A stretch of DNA of 63,372 bases, the filler included, from Octopus bimaculoides (lineage: Eukaryota), in assembly GCF_001194135.2 (NCBI RefSeq). It is 8 parts of 7 records of this genome, joined end to end, with 100 filler letters (N's around TTAATTAATTAA, not from the genome) between each part and the next. Parts side by side here need not be neighbours in the genome. Positions count along the whole stretch, not along the records: positions 34,050 to 49,664 come from NC_068996.1; positions 49,765 to 52,180 come from NC_068981.1; 6 more parts are not named here. One strand, given 5' to 3'. A program made the translations under genes and the position numbers. Below the pieces are notes generated by a model, which searched no databases, was not told the origin of the DNA, and was given only the letters and a program-made list of their open reading frames with translations. Below, piece by piece: positions 37,706 through 50,707 of this stretch (positions are counted from its first letter, which is position 1; every line of letters begins with the position of its first letter).

Positions 37706-40049
37706 GCTTCTACACCGCTTCATCAAGTTAAAATTCTCCCACAAGGCATTGGGACTACAATAGAAAGTACCTACTTTAGATGGTGCCTCGCAGTGAGAAT
37801 GAACCTGAAACAATCCTCTTTAAGCATGATGGTGGATGCTTCTTTACTTTTTTTTTTTTTTTGTTGTCAGTTGTGGTTTTGTGTGTTGTGTATATATACA
37901 CCAATAATTATTAAAACAACCAGTTTGTATTCAATAAATAAAAGACTGAGAAAGGAGACTGGGCAGGGTGGGGGGACGATCTGATACATAAGAGCCAGAT
38001 TAAATAAACTGTTTGGGAAGAAACACAGCTAAATATCAACATTGAATCTAAACTCACTGTGCAGTGTCTTAAAAACTTAATTGTGTATTGGTATGTAAGT
38101 ATAATACATATACATGAGAGTCAAAGACTGAATATCTGTGTGTGTGTGTATATGCATGCATGCATGCATCTATTGTCGTGTGTGTATGTATATATGCATG
38201 CACGCATGTATTGTTGTGTATGTATGTGTAATACATATATGTAAGCATCGAAGACTGAATATTTATGTATTTGTGTTATTTACCAAATGTATTTATAGGA
38301 ATCGAAGACCAAATGTATGTGTAATACATATGTGAGAGTCAAACTGAATATCTACAGACATGCATGTATGTATGAGAGTCAGATGTATGTATGTATTATG
38401 TGTGTATATATGTATACATGCATGCATAATACATGTGTGAGAGTCAAAGACTGAGTAGAAGACTGATTATGTAAGTATTAGTGTGTACAGATGTATAATA
38501 TGTCTATGAGGAGGTTTGTGAGGATGGTGAGTGTGTACATGTGAATGGCATGATAGTGTGTGTGTGTGTGTGCGTGTGTGTGTCACTGAGGATGGTGTGT
38601 GTTTGTAAGGTTTGTGTGCATGTGCTATTTAACTGTTCATTATAATTTATATTGAAATTATTATATAATTGAAATTATGTAGAACGTAACATTCTACAAA
38701 TGTAAGTAAGCATTAGATGTAATAGAGAAACTTTTCAAAGAGACTTGTGTATTAAAAGTACATAGTACTCACTCAGGACATCATCAGCAAATTATCAGAC
38801 GTCATTGTTTCAACCTCATTTGGTCTCCTCAGTGACAAACGCCCTTGACATTATTTTTTATTTGCTATTGTTTTATTTTTGCAATTTTTATGTGGACCTC
38901 TACTTATGGATGGGATGAAATAAACAGGCGTCCATTTTAGTTGTTCTATTGCTTCTAGCATTGTGTCATTCTTTGCAAAAATGACATTATTTCTTCTATG
39001 TTACAACTATTTAAGAAAATATTGTTGTTGCTGCTGCTGTTGAAGAAAAGATAATCTCCCTTGAACAGTTTAGTCTTTTGTTTCACTTCTGCCACCATTG
39101 CTTGTGGGAACAGCATGAATGTTGCAACATCCATTTCTGTTCCTTTACAATAAGTAAATAAATAGATTAATTAAGCTGAATATTTTGTCTTTATAAGAAA
39201 TATACTTCTCATCATCATAACTTTTCTTAATTTTATTCCAACTGTAATGCTTGAATAGTAAATTTGCTTGAATGAATATTTTATTCATTTCCAGTGACTC
39301 TAATTGCTTCAGTGATGTAGCTTGGCTTTGAAACTCCTTCCTTTGTTCTTTTTTATGTTTTGGTTGAAGTACAAGTCATTCATTTTTTTTTTTCTTTTTT
39401 GCTATTTGGTGTGTTGCTTTATTTCTTCACGAATTTGTTTTTCTTTTCTTATTACTCAAAAGAAATCATATTTTTATGGTGTATTTGTTGCTTTGTGTTT
39501 GCTTGATTAGTGAAAGCTTCATGGAGACCTTATCATTCTTCCCCTCCTCTGCCTCCCACCTACCTTTGAAACATTTTATGTCTTAACAGTGCTATACAGC
39601 ATCAACAAATATTTAATTTGCTTTTATTAGAGATTGTATTTCTTTCTCCAAATTATGAATTTATCTTCAGAGTAGAACAGACTCTGGTTTCAAGGAGGAG
39701 TTCAATGCCAAAACAGAATTAGCTTTCTGGTTTTTAAAATTTAGCTATTTTTTATAAATGTTTTTAGTATTGTTTAGTCCCAGGTCAGCACTAATTGTGC
39801 AGGCCTAAAATTAGAAACATTACAGTCATGACCATCCTATTTATATGTCCCTCTCTTTTTGTTTTTGGAACAACAATAAANNNNNNNNNNNNNNNNNNNN
39901 NNNNNNNNNNNNNNNNNNTAGGTTGCTATTTTTGTTTTATATATAGGTTGGTGATTATGGATAGTATATATACTGTGTTATAATATTTCATTGGTGATTA
40001 TATGGAGTATATGCTATTGAGTGGTGCTTGTGTTATTTTATTGTTATTG

Positions 40050-41335
40050 CATAGAATATGTTTCTTACTAAGTTATGTTATCAAATTGAAAATATCCTGA
40101 GTAGAATGTGTTATCCCTTCCCAAAAGGACTGTCTTGTATAGAATATGACCTGTGTCTTACTGGGCTGTCTTGTAGACTAGATGTAACATTCGGGCATCT
40201 GGTATGCATAAGATGTGACTTGGAGAGTTATTTTGGGAACGGTTTCTCCATCTCCCGTTAAGCAATTTTTTATCAGAAAGTACCATTTTGTTATGGCCAG
40301 GAAGTTGTCTTACATTGTTTTTACCACTTCTTGCCCATTTTCACATCTAAGGATTGGCACTTTGCCCAATAGAGATAGCTGCTGGTTCAGTTGTGTCTGT
40401 GAATATACTTTAATTAGGCAGAGACTGGGCAGCTGGAGATAATACGGTTGATTGCCTCCCTGAGTTGGTAACATGTTTTCTATTTGGTGTGAGTATCTTC
40501 TTTTACTGTTTTATATCTGAAGTTGTTTCTAGCTGGATGTTGATCTAGTGTCAAGCATTCTGCTTCTGCTTTTAGTCCAGGTCTCTTGAACAAGTGTTGG
40601 GTCATATTCTGGTTTGTTTCCCTTCTGTCAACTTTTAAAGGATATTGACCATGGAGTGGGTTTTTCTCTTCAATTCTTTTTTTTTATTTATTTTGGAATT
40701 CTGTTTTGACCTTGTCTTTTGTTTTTCAACTATTTCAGTTCTTTTGTCCTAATCTAAATCTTGAATTTCAGTGTTGCTAGTTCATTTCATTATTATACTT
40801 ACCATTTTCTCTTTGCTTTATTCTAAGTACTCTTTCGATCCTTCTGTTATTTTGTAATAGCATTCTATCTGTATCAGACTCCTGTCAATTTTGTTTGTTG
40901 GATAAGTATATTCTATTGATATCAGATGTGAGGTGGTAGCATTCAAGTACCCTTAGTGATTCCCTAGTTTTTCTGGTTAAGCTCTTCACTTTACTTAACT
41001 TCCAATTTATTATGTTAAAACTGTACTTAGTAACTGAGGCAGCTAGTGTATTTATACTTATTATTTCTATGAGTTGTATTTTATCAATTTCATTTATTCC
41101 TAAGTATTTTTATGGATAGTTCTGGTTTAAAAATTCTGATTTCAGTTTCTTTATCTAATTAAATCTTCCTAGTTTTAGTTAAAATCCCTTACAGAGGATT
41201 TTATACCATATTTTAACTGTATTCTGTTTTTTATACCATTTGCTACCATATATTAACTGTATTCTACCATATTTTAACTGTATTTTTTTATGTCTTGGCT
41301 AAATTTATAAACAACTTTTAGTATGCCTTAACTGA
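40050..41335 (-). mobile_element. R4/Dong-type (RLE) non-LTR retrotransposon, decayed C-terminal part
   Basis: INTLAASVTKYSFNIINWK...LTRKTRE (post-RT); EKPLHGQYP...PGLKAEAE...AINRIISSCP...KYIHRHN (zinc-knuckle region); many stops and frameshifts. Confidence 0.75.
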
Positions 41336-41390
<55 letters not shown>

Positions 41391-41391
<1 letters not shown>

Positions 41392-41721
41392 GGCAGCAAG
41401 CTGGTAGAATTGTTAGCATACTGGGCAGAATGCTGAGCAGCATTTCATCTATCTTTGTGTTCTGAGTTCAAATTCCGCTGGGGTCGACTTTGCCTTTCAT
41501 CCTTTCGGGGCCAATTAAATAAGTACCAGTTATGCACTCGGGTCAATGTAATCAACTTAATCCCTTCCTCCAAATTTGAAGCCTTGTGCTTCCAGTAGAA
41601 AGGATTATTATTATTATTATTATTATTATTACCTTTTCGGACAAAACCTTTTGTAACCTTCGTCCTGTCTTTGTCCTTACATGTTTTTGATTGATATTAG
41701 CCCTTGTGGCCAATAAAACGA

Positions 41722-41778
<57 letters not shown>

Positions 41779-42108
41779 GGCAGCAAGCTGGTAGAATTGT
41801 TAGCATACTGGGCAGAATGCTGAGCAGCATTTCATCTATCTTTGTGTTCTGAGTTCAAATTCCGCTGGGGTCGACTTTGCCTTTCATCCTTTCGGGGCCA
41901 ATTAAATAAGTACCAGTTATGCACTCGGGTCAATGTAATCAACTTAATCCCTTCCTCCAAATTTGAAGCCTTGTGCTTCCAGTAGAAAGGATTATTATTA
42001 TTATTATTATTATTATTACCTTTTCGGACAAAACCTTTTGTAACCTTCGTCCTGTCTTTGTCCTTACATGTTTTTGATTGATATTAGCCCTTGTGGCCAA
42101 TAAAACGA

Positions 42109-42110
<2 letters not shown>
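41391..42110 (+). repeat. Exact 387-bp-period tandem duplication of a SINE A copy plus flank, bounded by (ATT)n
   Basis: Copies start at 41391 and 41778 and end at 41723 and 42110; no differences seen. Confidence 0.9.
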
Positions 42111-42163
<53 letters not shown>

Positions 42164-42424
42164 GCATCAGAAAAGTGCTTTGCAGCATTTCTTCTGGCCT
42201 TTTGTGCTCAGAGTCCAAATCTTTCTGTGATCAACTTTGCCTTTTATCCTCTCAGGCTCAGTAAAATAAATTGTCTGTCAAGTACTAGGTCAATAATATT
42301 GAATACTCCCCCTCCCCTTGAAATTGCTTGCTCTGTGTCTAAATCAGAAACCGTTGTCATTGCTGCTGTTGTTATTTTACTGTTATTTATTACTTTCTGT
42401 ATTCTTTCATTCTCTTATCCCCAG

Positions 42425-42624
42425 GTGGTTCCTTACTTGCTGGGTGTGACACCCCAAGTGCAGAGTCATTGGTTGGATGGTTACTGGAGCACAAAGACCT
42501 TAAAATACAAAGTGATTCTGATTCTGACATGTCAGTTTGTTCTATAGATATAGATTCCGATGAGACTGGATCTATGTCTGACATTTTTGATGATTTAGAT
42601 GATGATGACATAGAATTGGAAGAG
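42425..42624 (+). CDS. HERC2: HERC2 E3 ubiquitin ligase, internal exon A (end of UBA-like segment plus acidic linker)
   Basis: Acceptor ttctcttatccccag| and donor GAG|gtaagc; phase 1 in, phase 0 out. Translates GSLLAGCDTPSAESLVGWLLEHKDLKIQSDSDSDMSVCSIDIDSDETGSMSDIFDDLDDDDIELEE, matching recalled human HERC2 ...PGVEALVGWLLDHSDIQVTELSDADTVSDEYSDEEVVEDVDD. Confidence 0.85.
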
Positions 42625-43504
42625 GTAAGCTACATTCTTTCTCCACTACCATTTTTCTTACATATTGAATCATAGGATTGGCTGAATGAGAATGACTCAA
42701 GACACCAACACTCATGTTTATACACATCAGGAGATCTTTATTGAAGAGATTATAGCTCAAAATTTTAAAAATTTTATTATTTTTCTAATTAAAAAAAAAT
42801 CACGAGAAACATCAAAATTTCTTACAAAAATTTCACGTGATTTGAAATTGTTAAGGATTTCTCAAATATAAAAATAGTTTCAAAAAGACAAAAGACAGAT
42901 CAAACTGCAAGGCATCTGAATCTAATACTCTGGTTTTCTTTTGTCTTTTCTTTTTTCCTGTCAGTTCACTAACTTTGGCAAAATACTTTTAATATTATGA
43001 AATAACTATGCAGAACATTGACTAAAGGGATTAAAATGGTATTATCTTTGGTTCTTCTTGCAATTGACATTAACTTCTCATTGTACTAAGGTTGAGAAAA
43101 TAAATACTAGTTATATACTTTTGTCAATGCTCTCTGTCAAGTAGTCAAGATGTGCTGAATTTATACTGATTGTTAGGCTCAGAAAGAAGTGTGTCAAAAT
43201 TTGAAATCATTGCTGGAACTTATTCCATGCAAGGTCATGATTGATCAGATTTTGTTGATCAATATTCTAGCGAATCACAACATTGGGTGACTGAAGAATA
43301 TTTCTATTACAGGCTATCTTGTTAAAAAATTAGTTTTACAAAATATTTAGTTGAAGAAATGTTGTTTCTTCTAATTTTTTTTTTATAGATTATTATAATT
43401 GTCATACATGTAACTAATATGTTTAGTTAGTGTGAAAAGACTGGGTCTTAAAGATAATTAATTACCTTCTGACTTTTCTTTCTTTTATTTTTGTACTTCT
43501 ACAG

Positions 43505-43663
43505 CAAGAAATAACGACAACAACTTACAAAAAACCCTCAGATTTTGCCAACATTGATGAATATGCCATGTACGTTCAAATAAATATTGTTCCTGGAATG
43601 ACAGTGCGATGTTGTTGTACATATGAAGAAGTGATGGAAGGAGATATTGGCAAAGTTATTAAG
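43505..43663 (+). CDS. HERC2: HERC2 internal exon B (CPH domain, N-terminal part)
   Basis: Acceptor tttttgtacttctacag| and donor AAG|gtacat; 159 nt, phase 0/0. [53 protein letters not shown] vs human [47 protein letters not shown]. Confidence 0.95.
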
Positions 43664-44118
43664 GTACATATTCTTTCAGTTCTGTTTGTTTTGACATCAG
43701 ACCCTAGCAAGGAATGCTATTATTTGAAGCTTAGGAGGAAAAACAAGGTAGAATAGTTGATACAGTGTTGTAAAAATTAGGATATATGAGGTATAATTGT
43801 GCAGGTATGTGGGTGAGCATATGTATATATAGATTGATAACCAAAGCAGCTTAGCCCTAGGAACATAAACTAAGTTTTGTTAGTCTACATTTAGCCCCAC
43901 TATAAAAGATAAAGTCTACTTGTAATGATCTTTGGTAACACTTTTCGACTGTTGAGTTGTAATGCTGCAAGGGATGTGATGTTGTTAGCTGATGTGATTT
44001 CAATAATGACATTAAGAATAATTGTCTACAATTTAATTCTCCAGTTATTGTGCTCTTTTTTTTTTTATTGACCACTCATTCTGACTTTATCAGCCACTGG
44101 TTTATATAGAATTGTTTT

Positions 44119-44181
44119 TTTCTCATGTCTTCCTAACAACTGAGTATGTGACATACTCAGTTGTTAGGAAGACATGAGAAA
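44119..44181. repeat. Perfect 31-bp inverted repeat with a 1-nt spacer in a HERC2 intron
   Basis: TTTCTCATGTCTTCCTAACAACTGAGTATGT-G-ACATACTCAGTTGTTAGGAAGACATGAGAAA. Confidence 0.95.
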
Positions 44182-44434
44182 TACTAAGATATTGTTTGTA
44201 CAGTGTCCAGATGTGTGACATTTGTGTAACATTTGTGTAAGTCATTGATTAGTCTGAAAGATGGTATAGGTGATAGATATGACTTAGTAACAGTTTGCTT
44301 GAGCCATCTCCTTTTGATGATTATTGATACAACGAACAGCTAATTTGTGAATGCACTATCAGGTTTTCACTAACATTGCTCTTTAATAATTTTAAAATTT
44401 TTTGCTCAAACATTGTTGTCATCATCGTATTTAA

Positions 44435-44655
44435 CCCTTTAACATTCAAACAAGCCATATCCAGCCCAAATGTTTGATCTGTTTTTATGTTCAAACTGTT
44501 CAGATCTGGCCTCTCATACCTACCCTACAATGTCACTCTAAACATAAACAATCACATTATTAAAATCTCTTTGCTACAAGATAATGCATGATTAATTCAA
44601 AATAATGTGAATAAATAAGCATTTCAGTTGATGAATTAATCTGAATGCTAAAGGT
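44435..44655. mobile_element. piggyBac-type MITE
   Basis: TTAA|CCCTTTAACATTCA ... TGAATGCTAAAGGT|TTAA: 14-bp TIR with 2 mismatches and a TTAA TSD. Confidence 0.8.
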
Positions 44656-44879
44656 TTAATGTCCATTTTCTCATGCTTGCATGAGTTGGAGGAAGTTTTC
44701 TAAGGTTGGATGCCCTTCTTGTCTCCAAATCCTTATCTGTTCACAAGCAAGGTAATATTTCCCCCATGGCCAAACATGTGCTTGCTGAATATTGGAAATG
44801 AATGACATTGCTTGTATGACAGTGACAATTATTTTACAACTATCACACAATGTTAAGACAAGGAGACACAAATATGCAT

Positions 44880-45017
<138 letters not shown>

Positions 45018-45879
45018 GATGGGCCTCTTTCAATTTCTATCTACCAAATCCACTCATAAGGCTTTGATTAGCCCAGGCTTTATAGTAGAAGGCACTTGCC
45101 CAAACTGATATTAGTGGGACTGAACCTGAGACCATGTGGTTGGGAAGTAAACTTCTTACCCATGCCTGTGCTTGTCATAATCTTTTATTTGAATATGAAT
45201 GATTTTATTGACAAATCAATTTTTAAAACCTGCACCTTTTTCTAAAATAGCTAAAGACAACATCCATAATTGATAAGGGTTGCAACACTGTTTGTCTGTT
45301 GAGCTTTGTTGCTGCAAGTGCTGTTATGTCATTACCTGGTTTCCAACTTCACTTGAATTGAAGTAACCCAGTATTTTCTAACCACTCTCATGATAGCAGA
45401 ATCTGTTTGATATAATTTACCATCACTTACTATTGTAAAAAAAAAAAAAAAAAAAAAAAGCAACTTATATTTGCATATTCTTAATTTTCTCTCTTGAAAT
45501 ACACATCCCCCTCTTGGTGAAACTGATATTTTAGGGGTTTAAATACAAAGCTGCTTGGTCATGTATTGCACTTAGTGTTTGAGAGACCAGCAAGGACAGC
45601 TGTTGAGTGAACAGTTGAAGAAGGAAAAAGAAAGGTAGGCCAATGAAGATGTGACAAGGAACTGCGTGGGAAGACTTCATCGAGATGGGAGTGTCTCCTG
45701 GAAAGAAAGGTGCACTTCAGCTCAGAACAATATCACTTGGAAAATTTTCATTACCAGATGCTGTTTGAGTGAATATCACACATAAATAAATCATAGTATA
45801 AGTTTAAATAATAACTCTGTGTATGTGTGCGCATGTGTTTTTTTTTAATAAAAACTATTATATATGTTTGGTTTCATAG

Positions 45880-45997
45880 CTTGACCATGATGGACTTCAC
45901 CACCTGAATGTCCAAGCGTACTGGCAGAGAAAAGGAGGTACTTACTGGATGCGATACATACATATTGAATTATTAGGCTTTACTGATGTTCCTTCTT
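45880..45997 (+). CDS. HERC2: HERC2 internal exon C (CPH domain, C-terminal part)
   Basis: Acceptor tttggtttcatag| and donor T|gtgagt; 118 nt, phase 0 in, 1 out. LDHDGLHHLNVQAYWQRKGGTYWMRYIHIELLGFTDVPS vs human LDRDGLHDLNVQCDWQQKGGTYWVRYIHVELIGYPPPS. Confidence 0.95.
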
Positions 45998-46641
45998 GTG
46001 AGTACAATTTTTCAGTATACATATAATATATATTCTAAACCAACATCATCATCATTACTGTTATTATTACCATCATCACCAACACTACCACATCATCATT
46101 GTTTCCATCACCATCTTCGTCATCATCATTGTCGTCGTCATTATTTTCCATTGTTGTCATCTTCAACTTCCTTCTACAAATATTTTTTGTTTTCTTTTTT
46201 ATTGTATTTTCTGTTAGAATTAACAAACGTTATTCTACAACACACACACACACATTTGTAGGAATTAGTTCTTAGTAGATACTTATTAATAATGGATTTT
46301 AAATATTTTTCATATTGGTATTCTTGGTTTTGACACAATATCAACAGAATCACTTTTGCTTCATAACTGTAACATAAACTATATATTTATTGATCTATTA
46401 TTTATCATTATATGTATGTATGTATGTACGTACGCTTGTTCGTTCTTCCTCTAAAACTGGCACAAACAATCATCCTGATTGGTAGAAAGATCATTACATG
46501 TTAATCAGTCTGAATAATCATGTAGATTGGTATAAAGACTAACTGTTTGTGCAATTTTTTTTTTTTTTTGCATTCTTAACTAAGGCCAAATTGCTTATGA
46601 AAACCATCATTAAATTGTATATATATATATTTATATTACAG

Positions 46642-46749
46642 CTTGTCAAACAATAAAGGTTGGTGACAGAGTTCGTGTAAAGCCTTCTGTTTCCTTACCC
46701 ATGTACAAATGGGGTTCTGTGACCCACAGAAGTGTGGGTGTTGTCACAG
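46642..46749 (+). CDS. HERC2: HERC2 internal exon D (region after CPH, before the ZZ finger)
   Basis: Acceptor ttatattacag| and donor G|gtaatt; 108 nt, phase 1/1, continuing exon C in frame. (S)[35 protein letters not shown] vs human [34 protein letters not shown]. Confidence 0.95.
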
Positions 46750-46931
46750 GTAATTGACTGTTTTTTCTTTATTGGACAACAAAAAAATTTGTTTAATAGG
46801 CATTATTTTAGACAGAAAAACATCTAGATCTATGTGTGGGTGTGTGTGTATGTATGTGTGTGTATATCTGCGTGTATATATATGTATATGTCTGTGTCTG
46901 TATGTCTATATATATATTTGTGTGTGTATAT

Positions 46932-47749
46932 TAGGTCATCCCATAACTGATTTGTTTTTTTTAATACTTTTTATTTAGTTCTTTTTTTTAATCTAAAATA
47001 TGCTCTTCCATATAACTGGTAGACTTGCAAGGCCCCTCTTCCAAAATTCAGTTGTCTATGACAAAAAATACTCCTCCAGTACTATTCTGACCTTGTCTAC
47101 GGAATTGATATTTTTTCTGTCCAAATTATTTTGAACACTGCGGAATAAGTGATAATCAGCTGGGGAATATGGTAGATGCGGCATCGTTTCCCATTCAAAG
47201 TACTCCAGTCTTTAGAATGTCATCCTTGCTGTATGTGGCCAAGCATTATCCCGATAGAAGAATACCTTTTGTCTTGAAACCAAATATAGTCGTTTTTCTT
47301 TTAGCGCTGACTTAAGCCACTCAAGCTGCTTGAAGTAGGCTTCCTTTATCATTTGGCTGGGGTTTAAAAGTTCAAAGGGGACTGAACCTTTCATATCCCA
47401 CCAAACAGATAACAACACCATATGTGGGTGGAGACCTTTAGCCTGGGGTGCTGGTGTTTCTCTTTTCCCTACCCACTGTCATTGGACATTTTTATAGAGA
47501 AACCATTTCTCATCACCAGTCACTATTCAGTCCAAAAAAGGTTCATTTGTGAGACATGACTGTAAAGAAAAGCACACATTCACTCTCTGTGCACGATTAG
47601 GTTTGTGAGGAACCCATTGACCCAATTTGCTGACTTTTCCAATAGCACGCAGATGTCAATGAATGGTTGAATGACCAAATCCAAGCTTCTCTGCCAGTTC
47701 CTCAACAGTTAGGATGGGACTTTGTTCCTCCAGGGTTTGCAGGATGTCC
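46932..47749 (-). mobile_element. mariner-family transposon remnant (intronic to HERC2)
   Basis: LTVEELAEKLGFGHSTIH.HLRAIGKVSKLGQWVPH, VLLSVWWDMKG.VPFELL and FYRDNAWPHTA motifs; terminus TA|TTAGGTCATCCCATAA. Confidence 0.85.
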
Positions 47750-49590
47750 CTATCAAGCTTTACAGATCTTCCAGGATTACTAAATTTAGTAATCATCCCA
47801 AATCGGTAACAAGAAATTTAGTTAGGAACATCTCACTTAGATTATCAAATCTATCCACAAATGAAAATATTTTCAATGAGGAAGCTGACTTTTACAACTC
47901 TGCCTTATTAAAAGCAGGATATAAAGAAAAAGCCAGAAACATTAATTCCACTTACGAAATTGATACCCGTAATGATATAGATATTAATATTGACAGCAAC
48001 GATAAATACAATGATCATTCTCATCATAAACCTATTGACGATAACAAACAATCAAACATTTCTTTACATTATAGGGGAGGTAACCGACAGTTTAAACCCT
48101 TTTTCAATAATAATAATAATAATAAATTGAAGTTCTTTAGAAATAATAATAACACACATACTAAACCTGAATCTGATAAAAATATCTGACTGATAATTCC
48201 ATTTGGAAAACAAATTAAATCAAATCTGGTTTCCCAGTTCTGAAATGCTGTTAATAAGAATTTTCCAAGACATTCTTACTATTTCCCAGTCAAAAACACG
48301 CACAGGGTTAGATTTGGATTCTCAAAAACTAAAAACATCTCGCAAATAATATCCGCACACAATATGAGACTATTAAATTCACAAGAGAGTACCGATAACA
48401 ATAACATTAATTCAGACAATACAAACCATTACCATCATAACAATAATAATGCTAATAATAAACCAAGGAACAATAATTATGATATGAAATATAATAATAA
48501 TAATTACAACAACATCATTATTTCGGAAGTTAATAGCAAAAGAATTAGTTTTTTAAGTGATAATGCCAAACTCAAAAGCACTATATATCAATGCCAGGTC
48601 AGCACTCCTACAAATGTGTCTTTTTACATTGGATCATCCTCTTCGCCAATATCCACTAGAATTTCTAACCATTATTCTTCCTTTAGAGATAGAAATAAAC
48701 ACAATACCACGAGCCTTAGCAAATTAATTTGGGAACTTAGACAACATAAAATTTAAATTAGACTGGCTAATTCTATCCACACCTATACCATATGACAAAG
48801 GTAAGAAATTCTGCCCATTATGCAATACAGAACTGTTCTTCATTTCATTCTCGAAGAATAAACTGGTGAACACATTCATCGAAAACTCATACAGATGTAA
48901 ACACTGGCAGCAACACATATTTTTTTCCTTCAAGTAAAAAAATACTTATTTATATAACATTGACAACTCAATTTGTAACATATTAGTTCCTCAAATAATT
49001 CAAGAGACACATGTTAATTATACCTTTATATGTAAAAAGATATGGTACACTTATCTCGCTTGATATCTAAACACTCTTAATTTGTGAACCCAAATTAGAA
49101 CACCAATAACATCTATAAACATATACTCAAATATTACTTTCAGTTCAACTTAACATAAACATTACTTCCTACGATGTTCAATATGTTGTGCTCAATTAAC
49201 CTTATTCACTTGATTTCATAGTTCTTTCGTACATCCATATCATTCATTTACTACTTTCACTTTATTCAGCAAAAACAGGAGTTATTTATCCTGTTCCAAG
49301 TTATATTAGTGGCATTATTCTACGTCTACGATTTCCATTTGTCCTCTTAAACTTTCTTAGTCACATCTAAGATTCTGAAAACAATCCTAGTTCACTTGTT
49401 TACGTTCATCGTAAGATGAATCCAAAACATATAAATATCTCCTCTAGGCTGGGTGGAGGAGTTTGTCTCCCTCTCGCAAACTTAAGGACACAGAAAATGT
49501 GTCAAGGCCGACAGGAAGCGGTCCAGCTTCCTAGGGCTAAATAGCAGTAGTATCTTCCCTTATTGGGACTGTCACGTTAAGTTGGCAGTA
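47750..49590 (+). mobile_element. Naiad-like PLE, 5'-truncated: RT thumb, linker, GIY-YIG endonuclease, 3' UTR
   Basis: SNHPKSVTRNLVRNISLRLSNLS...; IYQCQV...FYIGSS...RISNHYSSF...TSLSKLIWEL (GIY-YIG); after a frameshift, KFCPLCNTE...YRCKH (CxLC and CRH-like). The 3' boundary is approximate. Confidence 0.85.
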
Positions 49591-49604
49591 TACAACTACT
49601 TTAT

Positions 49605-49635
<31 letters not shown>

Positions 49636-49807
49636 TATGTATGTATATATATATGTATATATATNNNNNNNNNNNNNNNNNNNNNNNNNNNNNNNNNNNN
49701 NNNNNNNNTTAATTAATTAANNNNNNNNNNNNNNNNNNNNNNNNNNNNNNNNNNNNNNNNNNNNTATATATATATATATATATACATATATATATTATAT
49801 ATAAACA

Positions 49808-49842
<35 letters not shown>

Positions 49843-50329
49843 ATATACATCCATCGATACACACACACACACACACACACGCACACACATATAGTAGGGC
49901 GTAGAGTTAAGGTAAATTTTCTTTTATATTACACTGAAGCAGCGGCCATTAACTGACTAATAGGTTCAATGCGGTATAGAGGATAATATTGATTGTAATT
50001 TTGTGGACTGTCAACGCATCAACAATAAATGTATGTGCAATCGGTCAAGTGTGTGTGAGTTACGGAACATGTGAGTGCATGTGTGCGTTTGTGTGTTCGT
50101 TTGTGTTTAAGTGTGTGTGTATGGCATGTGTTCTTGTGTAAGAGGGTAAACAATGAGGCGCTGTTCAGGGATTAGTCTCTAACACATTCCACAACGGTCT
50201 AGATTCTTGGACAATGTAAAGGGGTAAGAAAGATGAGAAGGATGGCACGTAGAAGAGAAGGAGGATGGAATGAATGGGTGGTTAGAAAGGGATTACGAAA
50301 GGAGTGAACGGGAAAACAAATTGATGATG

Positions 50330-50661
50330 CTGATGGTGATGACGAAAAGTATCTGGTGGTGATGACGACGATTATGATGATGAGGATGACGATGATGATA
50401 ATGATGATGATGATGCCAATGATGATGATGAGGAGGAGGAGGATGAGGATGAGGATGATGATGATGATATTGATGTTGATGATGATGATGATGATGATGA
50501 TGTTGGTTTTGATGATGACGAAGTGTTCATATTCATTCGAGAAAATGAGGAGAAAATGGGTGAAGGAAACGGAGAATGATGACTGATGGTGCCGAGGATT
50601 AGGAAAATGATTAATGAGTGATGATGATGACGATGACGATGATGATGATGACGACGACGAC

Positions 50662-50707
<46 letters not shown>

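Noticed and set aside
41391-42110. Biological tandem duplication
   Set aside because: The two copies look identical and are bounded by (ATT)n, so an assembly artefact is more likely; listed as a feature only.
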